Positions 44,601 to 59,400 of a DNA stretch of 64,000 bases are shown here, one piece after another. The stretch lies in contig OZ024759.1 in NCBI GenBank assembly GCA_964016885.1, positions 1,736,001-1,800,000 of the forward strand, written 5' to 3'. This DNA comes from Eledone cirrhosa. Lineage: Eukaryota. The translations under genes were made by a program, and so were the position numbers. Each line of letters starts with the position of its first letter. The stretch's first letter is position 1. The notes beneath the pieces were generated by a model that was given only the letters and a program-made list of their open reading frames with translations, was not told the origin of the DNA and made no database searches.

Positions 44601-47600
44601 TGACAAAGTCTATATTAGTAACATGACAAAGTCTATATTAGTAACATGACACAGTCTATATTAGTAACATGACACAGTCTAGATTAGTAACATGACACAG
44701 TCTATATTAGTAACATGAGACAGTCTATATTAGTAGCATGACAAAGTCTATATTAGTAGCATGACACAGTCTATATTAGTAACATGACACAGTCTATATT
44801 AGTAACATGACACAGTCTATATTAGTAACATGAAAAAGTCTATATTAGTAACATGACAAAGTCTATATTAGTAACATGACAAAGTCTATATTAGTAACAT
44901 GACAAAGTCTATATTAGTAGCATGACACAGTCTATATTAGCAACATGACAAAGTCTATATTAGTAACATGACACAGTCTATATTAGTAACATGACACAGT
45001 CTATATTAGTAACATGACACAGTCTATATTAGTAACATGACAAAGTCTACATTAGTAACATGACAAAGTCTATATTAGTAACATGACAAGGTCTATATTA
45101 GTAACATGACACAGTCTATATTAGTAGCATGACACAGTCTATATTAGTAACATGATACAGTCTATATTAGTAACATGACAAAGTCTATATTAGTAACATG
45201 ACACAGTCTATATTAGTAACATGACAGTCTATATTAGTAACATGACAGTCTACATTAGTAACATGACACAGTCTATATTAGTAACATGACAAAGTCGATA
45301 TTAGTAACATGACAATGTCTATATTAGTAACATGACAAAGTCTATATTAGTAACATGACACAGTCTATATTACTAACATGACACAGTCTATATTAGTAAC
45401 ATGACAAAGTCTATATTAGTAACATGACACAGTCTATATTAGTAACATGACACAGTCTATATTAGTAACATGACAAAGTCTACATTAGTAACATGACAAA
45501 GTCTATATTAGTAACATGACAAGGTCTATATTAGTAACATGACACAGTCTATATTAGTAGCATGACACAGTCTATATTAGTAACATGATACAGTCTATAT
45601 TAGTAACATGACAAAGTCTATATTAGTAACATGACACAGTCTATATTAGTAACATGACAGTCTATATTAGTAACATGACAGTCTACATTAGTAACATGAC
45701 ACAGTCTATATTAGTAACATGACACAGTCTAGATTAGTAACATGACACAGTCTATATTAGTAACATGAGACAGTCTATATTAGTAGCATGACAAAGTCTA
45801 TATTAGTAACATGACACAGTCTACATTAGTAACATGACAAAGTCTATATTAGTAACATGACACAGTCTATATTAGTAACATGAGACAGTCTATATTAGTA
45901 ACATGACAAAGTCTATATTAGTAACATGACACAGTCTATATTAGTAACATGACACAGTCTATATTAGTAACATGACAAAGTCTATATTAGTAACATGACA
46001 CAGTCTATATTAGTAACATGACGAAGTCTATATTAGTAACATGACACAGTCTATATTAGTAACATGACACAGTCTATATTAGTAACATGAAAAAGTCTAT
46101 ATTAGTAACATGACAAAGTCTATATTAGTAACATGACAAAGTCTATATTAGTAACATGACAAAGTCTATATTAGTAGCATGACACAGTCTATATTAGCAA
46201 CATGACAAAGTCTATATTAGTAACATGACACAGTCTATATTAGTAGCATGACAAAGTCTGTATTAGTAACATGACAAAGTCTATATTAGTAACATGACAA
46301 AGTCTATATTAGTAACATGACAAAGTCTATATTAGTAACATGACACAGTCTATATTAGTAACATAACAAAGTCTATATTAGTAGCATGACAAAGTCTATA
46401 TTAGTGACATGACAAAGTCTATATTAGTAACATGACAAAGTCTATATTAGTAACATGACAAAGTCTATATTAGTAACATGACAAAGTCGATATTAGTAAC
46501 ATGACAAAGTCTATATTAGTAACATGACACAGTATATATTAGTAACATGACAGTCTATATTAGTAACATGACAGTCTACATTAGTAACATGACACAGTCT
46601 ATATTAGTAACATGACAAAGTCGATATTAGTAACATGACAATGTCTATATTAGTAACATGACACAGTCTATATTAGTAACATGACACAGTCTATATTACT
46701 AACATGACACAGTCTATATTAGTAACATGACACAGTCTATATTAGTAACATGACAAAGTCTATATTAGTAACATGACAAAGTCTATATTAGTAACATGAC
46801 AAAGTCTATATTAGTAACATGACAAAGTCTATATTAGTAACATGACACAGTCTATATTAGTAACATGACACAGTCTATATTAGTAGCATGACACAGTCTA
46901 TATTAGTAACATGACACAGTCTATATTAGTAACATGACACAGTCTATATTAGTAACATGACAAAGTCTATATTAGTAACATGACAAAGTCTATATTAGTA
47001 ACATGACAGTCTATATTAGTAACATCACACAGTCTATATTAGTAACATGACAAAGTCTATATTAGTAACATGACAAAGTCTATATTAGTAACATGAGACA
47101 GTCTATATTAGTAACATGACTAAGTCTATATTAGTAACATGACACAGTCTATATTAGTAACATGACACAGTCTATATTAGTAACATGACAAAGTCTATAT
47201 TAGTTACATGACAAAGTCTATATTAGTAACATGACAAAGTCTATATTAGTAACATGACACAGTCTATGTTAGTAACATGACGAAGTCTATATTAGTAACA
47301 TGACACAGTCTATATTAGTAACATGACACAGTCTATATTAGTAACATGAAAAAGTCTATATTAGTAACATGACAAAGTCTATATTAGTAACATGACAAAG
47401 TCTATATTAGTAACATGACAAAGTCTATATTAGTAGCATGACACAGTCTATATTAGCAACATGACAAAGTATATATTAGTAACATGACACAGTCTATATT
47501 AGTAACATGACACAGTCTATATTAGTAACATGACACAGTCTATATTAGTAACATGACAAAGTCTACATTAGTAACATGACAAAGTCTATATTAGTAACAT

Positions 47601-50600
47601 GACAAGGTCTGTATTAGTAACATGACACAGTCTATATTAGTAGCATGACACAGTCTATATTAGTAACATGATACAGTCTATATTAGTAACATGACAAAGT
47701 CTATATTAGTAACATGACACAGTCTATATTAGTAACATGACACAGTCTATATTAGTAACATGACACAGTCTATATTAGTAACATGACAAAGTCTATATTA
47801 GTAACATGACAAAGTCTATATTAGTAACATGACACAGTCTATATTAGTAGCATGACAAAGTCTGTATTAGTAACATGACAAAGTCTATATTAGTAAAATG
47901 ACAAAGTCTGTATTAGTAACATGACAAAGTCTATAGTAGTAACATGACACAGTCTATATTAGTAACATGACAAAGTCTATATTAGTAGCATGACAAAGTC
48001 TATATTAGTAACATGACAAAGTCTATATTAGTAACATGACAAAGTCTATATTAGTAACATGACAAAGTCTATATTAGTAACATGACAAAGTCTATATTAG
48101 TAACATGACAAAGTCTATATTAGTAACATGACACAGTCTATATTAGTAACATGACAGTCTATATTAGTAACATGACAGTCTACATTAGTAACATGACACA
48201 GTCTATATTAGTAACATGACAAAGTCGATATTAGTAACATGACAATGTCTATATTAGTAACATGACAAAGTCTATATTAGTAACATGACACAGTCTATAT
48301 TACTAACATGACACAGTCTATATTAGTAACATGACACAGTCTATATTAGTAACATGACAAAGTCTATATTAGTAACATGACAAAGTCTATATTAGTAACA
48401 TGACAAAGTCTATATTAGTAACATGACACAGTCTATATTAGTAAAATGACAAAGTCTATATTAGTAACATGACACAGTCTATATTAGTAACATGACAGTC
48501 TATATTAGTAACATGACAGTCTACATTAGTAACATGACACAGTCTACATTAGTAACATGACAAAGTCTATATTAGTAACATGACACAGTCTATATTAGTA
48601 ACATGAGACAGTCTATATTAGTAACATGACAAAGTCTATATTAGTAACATGACACAGTCTATATTAGTAACATGACACAGTCTATATTAGTAACATGACA
48701 AAGTCTATATTAGTAACATGACACAGTCTATATTAGTAACATGACGAAGTCTATATTAGTAACATGACACAGTCTATATTAGTAACATGACACAGTCTAT
48801 ATTAGTAACATGAAAAAGTCTATATTAGTAACATGACAAAGTCTATATTAGTAACATGACAAAGTCTATATTAGTAACATGACAAAGTCTATATTAGTAG
48901 CATGACACAGTCTATATTAGCAACATGACAAAGTCTATATTAGTAACATGACACAGTCTATATTAGTAGCATGACAAAGTCTGTATTAGTAACATGACAA
49001 AGTCTATATTAGTAACATGACAAAGTCTATATTAGTAACATGACAAAGTCTATATTAGTAACATGACACAGTCTATATTAGTAACATAACAAAGTCTATA
49101 TTAGTAGCATGACAAAGTCTATATTAGTGACATGACAAAGTCTATATTAGTAACATGACAAAGTCTATATTAGTAACATGACAAAGTCTATATTAGTAAC
49201 ATGACAAAGTCGATATTAGTAACATGACAAAGTCTATATTAGTAACATGACACAGTATATATTAGTAACATGACAGTCTATATTAGTAACATGACAGTCT
49301 ACATTAGTAACATGACACAGTCTATATTAGTAACATGACAAAGTCGATATTAGTAACATGACAATGTCTATATTAGTAACATGACACAGTCTATATTAGT
49401 AACATGACACAGTCTATATTACTAACATGACACAGTCTATATTAGTAACATGACACAGTCTATATTAGTAACATGACAAAGTCTATATTAGTAACATGAC
49501 AAAGTCTATATTAGTAACATGACAAAGTCTATATTAGTAACATGACAAAGTCTATATTAGTAACATGACACAGTCTATATTAGTAACATGACACAGTCTA
49601 TATTAGTAGCATGACACAGTCTATATTAGTAACATGACACAGTCTATATTAGTAACATGACACAGTCTATATTAGTAACATGACAAAGTCTATATTAGTA
49701 ACATGACAAAGTCTATATTAGTAACATGACAGTCTATATTAGTAACATCACACAGTCTATATTAGTAACATGACAAAGTCTATATTAGTAACATGACAAA
49801 GTCTATATTAGTAACATGAGACAGTCTATATTAGTAACATGACTAAGTCTATATTAGTAACATGACACAGTCTATATTAGTAACATGACACAGTCTATAT
49901 TAGTAAAATGACAAAGTCTATATTAGTTACATGACAAAGTCTATATTAGTAACATGACAAAGTCTATATTAGTAACATGACACAGTCTATGTTAGTAACA
50001 TGACGAAGTCTATATTAGTAACATGACACAGTCTATATTAGTAACATGACACAGTCTATATTAGTAACATGAAAAAGTCTATATTAGTAACATGACAAAG
50101 TCTATATTAGTAACATGACAAAGTCTATATTAGTAACATGACAAAGTCTATATTAGTAGCATGACACAGTCTATATTAGCAACATGACAAAGTATATATT
50201 AGTAACATGACACAGTCTATATTAGTAACATGACACAGTCTATATTAGTAACATGACACAGTCTATATTAGTAACATGACAAAGTCTACATTAGTAACAT
50301 GACAAAGTCTATATTAGTAACATGACAAGGTCTGTATTAGTAACATGACACAGTCTATATTAGTAGCATGACACAGTCTATATTAGTAACATGATACAGT
50401 CTATATTAGTAACATGACAAAGTCTATATTAGTAACATGACACAGTCTATATTAGTAACATGACACAGTCTATATTAGTAACATGACACAGTCTATATTA
50501 GTAACATGACAAAGTCTATATTAGTAACATGACAAAGTCTATATTAGTAACATGACACAGTCTATATTAGTAGCATGACAAAGTCTGTATTAGTAACATG

Positions 50601-52890
50601 ACAAAGTCTATATTAGTAACATGACAAAGTCTGTATTAGTAACATGACAAAGTCTATAGTAGTAACATGACACAGTCTATATTAGTAACATGACAAAGTC
50701 TATATTAGTAGCATGACAAAGTCTATATTAGTAACATGACAAAGTCTATATTAGTAACATGACAAAGTCTATATTAGTAACATGACAAAGTCTATATTAG
50801 TAACATGACAAAGTCTATATTAGTAACATGACAAAGTCTATATTAGTAACATGACACAGTCTATATTAGTAACATGACAGTCTATATTAGTAACATGACA
50901 GTCTACATTAGTAACATGACACAGTCTATATTAGTAACATGACAAAGTCGATATTAGTAACATGACAATGTCTATATTAGTAACATGACAAAGTCTATAT
51001 TAGTAACATGACACAGTCTATATTACTAACATGACACAGTCTATATTAGTAACATGACACAGTCTATATTAGTAACATGACAAAGTCTATATTAGTAACA
51101 TGACAAAGTCTATATTAGTAACATGACAAAGTCTATATTAGTAACATGACACAGTCTATATTAGTAACATGACACAGTCTAGATTAGTAACATGACACAG
51201 TCTATATTAGTAACATGAGACAGTCTATATTAGTAGCATGACAAAGTCTATATTAGTAACATGACACAGTCTACATTAGTAACATGACAAAGTCTATATT
51301 AGTAACATGACACAGTCTATATTAGTAACATGAGACAGCCTATATTAGTAACATGACAAAGTCTATATTAGTAACATGACACAGTCTATATTAGTAACAT
51401 GACAAAGTCTATATTAGTAACATGACAAAGTCTATATTAGTAACATGACAAAGTCTATATTAGTAACATGACAAAGTCTATATTAGTAGCATGACACAGT
51501 CTATATTAGTAACATGACACAGTCTATATTAGTAACATGACACAGTCTATATTATTAACATGACAAAGTCTATATTAGTAACATGACACAGTCTATATTA
51601 GTAACATGAGTCAGTCTATATTAGTAACATGACTAAGTCTATATTAGTAACATGACACAGTCTATATTAGCAACATGACAAAGTCTATATTAGTAACATG
51701 ACACAGTCTATATTAGTAACATGACACAGTCTATATTAGTAACATGACACAGTCTATATTAGTAACATGACAAAGTCTACATTAGTAACATGACAAAGTC
51801 TATATTAGTAACATGACAAGGTCTATATTAGTAACATGACACAGTCTATATTAGTAGCATGACACAGTCTATATTAGTAACATGATACAGTCTATATTAG
51901 TAACATGACAAAGTCTATATTAGTAACATGACACAGTCTATATTAGTAACATGACAGTCTATATTAGTAACATGACAGTCTACATTAGTAACATGACACA
52001 GTCTATATTAGTAACACGACAAAGTCGATATTATTAACATGACAATGTCTATATTAGTAACATGACAAAGTCTATATTAGTAACATGACACAGTCTATAT
52101 TACTAACATGACACAGTCTATATTAGTAACATGACAAAGTCTATATTAGTAACATGACACAGTCTATATTAGTAACATGACAAAGTCTACATTAGTAACA
52201 TGACAAAGTCTATATTAGTAACATGACAAGGTCTATATTAGTAACATGACACAGTCTATATTAGTAGCATGACACAGTCTATATTAGTAACATGATACAG
52301 TCTATATTAGTAACATGACAAAGTCTATATTAGTAACATGACACAGTCTATATTAGTAACATGACAGTCTATATTAGTAACATGACAGTCTACATTAGTA
52401 ACATGACACAGTCTATATTAGTAACATGACACAGTCTAGATTAGTAACATGACACAGTCTATATTAGTAACATGAGACAGTCTATATTAGTAGCATGACA
52501 AAGTCTATATTAGTAACATGACACAGTCTACATTAGTAACATGACAAAGTCTATATTAGTAACATGACACAGTCTATATTAGTAACATGAGACAGTCTAT
52601 ATTAGTAACATGACAAAGTCTATATTAGTAACATGACACAGTCTATATTAGTAACATGACAAAGTCTATATTAGTAACATGACAAGGTCTATATTAGTAA
52701 CATGACAAAGTCTATATTAGTAACATGACAAAGTCTATATTAGTAGCATGACACAGTCTATATTAGTAACATGACACAGTCTATATTAGTAACATGACAC
52801 AGTCTATATTATTAGCATGACAAAGTCTATATTAGTAACATGACACAGTCTATATTAGTAACATGAGACAGTCTATATTAGTAACATGAC
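35700..52890. repeat. Direct tandem duplication with an 8,585-bp unit (about 35700-44285 and 44285-52890)
   Basis: GCAAC at 35757/44342, the G of GTGACATG at 37821/46406 and 40544/49129, and the variant C of CAGCCTAT at 42754/51339 are all 8,585 apart. Confidence 0.92.
37221..42582. repeat. Nested duplication at offset 2,723 (about 37221-39859 and 39944-42582), repeated again within the second 8,585-bp unit
   Basis: GTGACATG at 37821/40544 and 46406/49129 (both offsets 2,723), with shared CTATGTTAG, lone 21-mer plus CATCAC, and CTATAGTAG markers. Confidence 0.9.
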
Positions 52891-55800
52891 TAAGTCTATA
52901 TTAGTAACATGACACAGTCTATATTAGTAACATGACACAGTATATATTAGTTACATGACAAAGTCTATATTAGTAACATGACAAAGTCTATATTAGTAAC
53001 ATGACACAGTCTATATTAGTAACATGACGAAGTCTATATTAGTAACATGACACAGTCTATATTAGTAACATGACACAGTCTATATTAGTAACATGAAAAA
53101 GTCTATATTAGTAACATGACAAAGTCTATATTAGTAACATGACAAAGTCTATATTAGTAACATGACAAAGTCTATATTAGTAGCATGACACAGTCTATAT
53201 TAGCAACATGACAAAGTCTATATTAGTAACATGACACAGTCTATATTAGTAACATGACACAGTCTATATTAGTAACATGACACAGTCTATATTAGTAACA
53301 TGACAAAGTCTACATTAGTAATATGACAAAGTCTATATTAGTAACATGACAAGGTCTATATTAGTAACATGACACAGTCTATATTAGTAGCATGACACAG
53401 TCTATATTAGTAACATGATACAGTCTATATTAGTAACATGACAAAGTCTATATTAGTAACATGACACAGTCTATATTAGTAACATGACAGTCTATATTAG
53501 TAACATGACAGTCTACATTAGTAACATGACACAGTCTATATTAGTAACATGACAAAGTCGATATTAGTAACATGACAATGTCTATATTAGTAACATGACA
53601 AAGTCTATATTAGTAACATGACACAGTCTATATTACTAACATGACACAGTCTATATTAGTAACATGACAAAGTCTACATTAGTAACATGACAAAGTCTAT
53701 ATTAGTAACATGACAAGGTCTATATTAGTAACATGACACAGTCTATATTAGTAGCATGACACAGTCTATATTAGTAACATGATACAGTCTATATTAGTAA
53801 CATGACAAAGTCTATATTAGTAACATGACACAGTCTATATTAGTAACATGACAGTCTATATTAGTAACATGACAGTCTACATTAGTAACATGACACAGTC
53901 TATATTAGTAACATGACAAAGTCGATATTAGTAACATGACAATGTCTATATTAGTAACATGACAAAGTCTATATTAGTAACATGACACAGTCTATATTAG
54001 TAACATGACACAGTCTACATTAGTAACATGACAAAGTCTATATTAGTAACATGACACAGTCTATATTAGTAACATGAGACAGTCTATATTAGTAACATGA
54101 CAAAGTCTATATTAGTAACATGACACAGTCTATATTAGTAACATGACAAAGTCTATATTAGTAACATGACAAAGTCTATATTAGTAACATGACAAAGTCT
54201 ATATTAGTAACATGACAAAGTCTATATTAGTAGCATGACACAGTCTATATTAGTAACATGACACAGTCTATATTAGTAACATGACACAGTCTATATTATT
54301 AGCATGACAAAGTCTATATTAGTAACATGACACAGTCTATATTAGTAACATGAGACAGTCTATATTAGTAACATGACTAAGTCTATATTAGTAACATGAC
54401 ACAGTCTATATTAGTAACATGACACAGTCTATATTAGTAACATGACACAGTATATATTAGTTACATGACAAAGTCTATATTAGTAACATGACAAAGTCTA
54501 TATTAGTAACATGACACAGTCTATATTAGTAACATGATGAAGTCTATATTAGTAACATGACACAGTCTATATTAGTAACATGACACAGTCTATATTAGTA
54601 ACATGAAAAAGTCTATATTAGTAACATGACAAAGTCTATATTAGTAACATGACAAAGTCTATATTAGTAACAGGACAAAGTCTATATTAGTAGCATGACA
54701 CAGTCTATATTAGCAACATGACAAAGTCTATATTAGTAACATGACACAGTCTATATTAGTAACATGACACAGTCTATATTAGTAACATGACACAGTCTAT
54801 ATTAGTAACATGACAAAGTCTACATTAGTAACATGACAAAGTCTATATTAGTAACATGACAAGGTCTATATTAGTAACATGACACAGTCTATATTAGTAG
54901 CATGACACAGTCTATATTAGTAACATGATACAGTCTATATTAGTAACATGACAAAGTCTATATTAGTAACATGACACAGTCTATATTAGTAACATGACAG
55001 TCTATATTAGTAACATGACAGTCTACATTAGTAACATGACACAGTCTATATTAGTAACATGACAAAGTCGATATTAGTAACATGACAATGTCTATATTAG
55101 TAACATGACAAAGTCTATATTAGTAACATGACACAGTCTATATTACTAACATGACACAGTCTATATTAGTAACATGACAAAGTCTATATTAGTAACATGA
55201 CAAAGTCTATATTAGTAACATGACAAAGTCTATATTAGTAACATGACACAGTCTATATTAGTAACATGACACAGTCTATATTAGTAGCATGACACAGTCT
55301 ATATTAGTAACATGATACAGTCTATATTAGTAACATGACAAAGTCTATATTAGTAATATGACAAAGTCTATATTAGTAAAATGACAAAGTCTATATTAGT
55401 AACATGACAAAGTCTTTATTAGTAACATGACACAGTCTATATTAGTAACATGACACAGTCTATATTAGTAACATGACAAAGTCTATATTAGTAACATGAC
55501 AAAGTCTATATTAGTAACATGACACAGTCTATATTAGTAACATGACACAGTCTATATTAGTAACATGACAAAGTCTATATTAGTAACATGACAAAGTCTA
55601 TATTAGTAACATGACACAGTCTATATTAGTAACATGACACAGTCTATATTAGTAACATGAGACAGTCTATATTAGTAGCATGACAAAGTCTATATTAGTA
55701 ACATGACACAGTCTACATTAGTAACATGACAAAGTCTATATTAGTAACATGACACAGTCTATATTAGTAACATGAGACAGTCTATATTAGTAACATGACT

Positions 55801-56429
55801 AAGTCTATATTAGTAACATGACACAGTCTATATTAGTAACATGACACAGTCTATATTAGTAACATGACACAGTATATATTAGTTACATGACAAAGTCTAT
55901 ATTAGTAACATGACAAAGTCTATATTAGTAACATGACACAGTCTATATTAGTAACATGATGAAGTCTATATTAGTAACATGACACAGTCTATATTAGTAA
56001 CATGAAAAAGTCTATATTAGTAACATGACAAAGTCTATATTAGTAACATGACAAAGTCTATATTAGTAACATGACAAAGTCTATATTAGTAGCATGACAC
56101 AGTCTATATTAGCAACATGACAAAGTCTATATTAGTAACATGACACAGTCTATATTAGTAACATGACACAGTCTATATTAGTAACATGACACAGTCTATA
56201 TTAGTAACATGACAAAGTCTACATTAGTAACATGACAAAGTCTATATTAGTAACATTACAAGGTCTATATTAGTAACATGACACAGTCTATATTAGTAGC
56301 ATGACACAGTCTATATTAGTAACATGATACAGTCTATATTAGTAACATGACAAAGTCTATATTAGTAACATGACACAGTCTATATTAGTAACATGACAGT
56401 CTATATTAGTAACATGACAGTCTACATTA

Positions 56430-59400
56430 GTAACATGACACAGTCTATATTAGTAACATGACAAAGTCGATATTAGTAACATGACAATGTCTATATTAGT
56501 AACATGACAAAGTCTATATTAGTAACATGACACAGTCTATATTACTAACATGACACAGTCTATATTAGTAACATGACAAAGTCTATATTAGTAACATGAC
56601 AAAGTCTATATTAGTAACATGACAAAGTCTATATTAGTAACATGACACAGTCTATATTAGTAACATGACACAGTCTATATTAGTAGCATGACACAGTCTA
56701 TATTAGTAACATGATACAGTCTATATTAGTAACATGACAAAGTCTATATTAGTAATATGACAAAGTCTATATTAGTAAAATGACAAAGTCTATATTAGTA
56801 ACATGACAAAGTCTTTATTAGTAACATGACACAGTCTATATTAGTAACATGACACAGTCTATATTAGTAACATGACAAAGTCTATATTAGTAACATGACA
56901 AAGTCTATATTAGTAACATGACACAGTCTATATTAGTAACATGACACAGTCTATATTAGTAACATGACAAAGTCTATATTAGTAACATGACAAAGTCTAT
57001 ATTAGTAACATGACACAGTCTATATTAGTAACATGACACAGTCTATATTAGTAACATGAGACAGTCTATATTAGTAGCATGACAAAGTCTATATTAGTAA
57101 CATGACACAGTCTATATTAGTAACATGACATAGTCTATATTAGTTACATGACAAAGTCTATATTAGTAACATGACAAAGTCTATATTAGTAACATGACAC
57201 AGTCTATATTAGTAACATGACGAAGTCTATATTAGTAACATGACACAGTCTATATTAGTAACATGACACAGTCTATATTAGTAACATGACAAAGTCTATA
57301 TTAGTAACATGACAAAGTCTATATTAGTAACATGACACAGTCTATATTAGTAACATGACACAGTCTATATTAGTAACATGAGACAGTCTATATTAGTAGC
57401 ATGACAAAGTCTATATTAGTAACATGACACAGTCTATATTAGTAACATGACACAGTCTATATTAGTAACATGACACAGTCTATATTAGTAACATGACACA
57501 GTCTATATTAGTAACATGACAAAGTCTACATTAGTAACATGACAAAGTCTATATTAGTAACATGACAAGGTCTGTATTAGTAACATGACACAGTCTATAT
57601 TAGTAGCATGACACAGTCTATATTAGTAACATGATACAGTCTATATTAGTAACATGACAAAGTCTATATTAGTAACATGACACAGTCTATATTAGTAACA
57701 TGACACAGTCTATATTAGTAACATGACACAGTCTATATTAGTAACATGACAAAGTCTATATTAGTAACATGACAAAGTCTATATTAGTAACATGACACAG
57801 TCTATATTAGTAGCATGACAAAGTCTGTATTAGTAACATGACAAAGTCTATATTAGTAACATGACAAAGTCTGTATTAGTAACATGACAAAGTCTATAGT
57901 AGTAACATGACACAGTCTATATTAGTAACATGACAAAGTCTATATTAGTAGCATGACAAAGTCTATATTAGTAACATGACAAAGTCTATATTAGTAACAT
58001 GACAAAGTCTATATTAGTAACATGACAAAGTCTATATTAGTAACATGACAAAGTCTATATTAGTAACATGACAAAGTCTATATTAGTAACATGACACAGT
58101 CTATATTAGTAACATGACAGTCTATATTAGTAACATGACAGTCTACATTAGTAACATGACACAGTCTATATTAGTAACATGACAAAGTCGATATTAGTAA
58201 CATGACAATGTCTATATTAGTAACATGACAAAGTCTATATTAGTAACATGACACAGTCTATATTACTAACATGACACAGTCTATATTAGTAACATGACAC
58301 AGTCTATATTAGTAACATGACAAAGTCTATATTAGTAACATGACAAAGTCTATATTAGTAACATGACAAAGTCTATATTAGTAACATGACACAGTCTATA
58401 TTAGTAAAATGACAAAGTCTATATTAGTAACATGACACAGTCTATATTAGTAACATGACAGTCTATATTAGTAACATGACAGTCTACATTAGTAACATGA
58501 CACAGTCTATATTAGTAACATGACAAAGTCGATATTAGTAACATGACAATGTCTATATTAGTAACATGACAAAGTCTATATTAGTAACATGACACAGTCT
58601 ATATTACTAACATGACACAGTCTATATTAGTAACATGACACAGTCTATATTAGTAACATGACAAAGTCTATATTAGTAACATGACAAAGTCTATATTAGT
58701 AACATGACAAAGTCTATATTAGTAACATGACACAGTCTATATTAGTAACATGACACAGTCTAGATTAGTAACATGACACAGTCTATATTAGTAACATGAG
58801 ACAGTCTATATTAGTAGCATGACAAAGTCTATATTAGTAACATGACACAGTCTACATTAGTAACATGACAAAGTCTATATTAGTAACATGACACAGTCTA
58901 TATTAGTAACATGAGACAGTCTATATTAGTAACATGACAAAGTCTATATTAGTAACATGACACAGTCTATATTAGTAACATGACAAAGTCTATATTAGTA
59001 ACATGACAAAGTCTATATTAGTAACATGACAAAGTCTATATTAGTAACATGACAAAGTCTATATTAGTAGCATGACACAGTCTATATTAGTAACATGACA
59101 CAGTCTATATTAGTAACATGACACAGTCTATATTATTAACATGACAAAGTCTATATTAGTAACATGACACAGTCTATATTAGTAACATGAGTCAGTCTAT
59201 ATTAGTAACATGACTAAGTCTATATTAGTAACATGACACAGTCTATATTAGCAACATGACAAAGTCTATATTAGTAACATGACACAGTCTATATTAGTAA
59301 CATGACACAGTCTATATTAGTAACATGACACAGTCTATATTAGTAACATGACAAAGTCTACATTAGTAACATGACAAAGTCTATATTAGTAACATGACAA

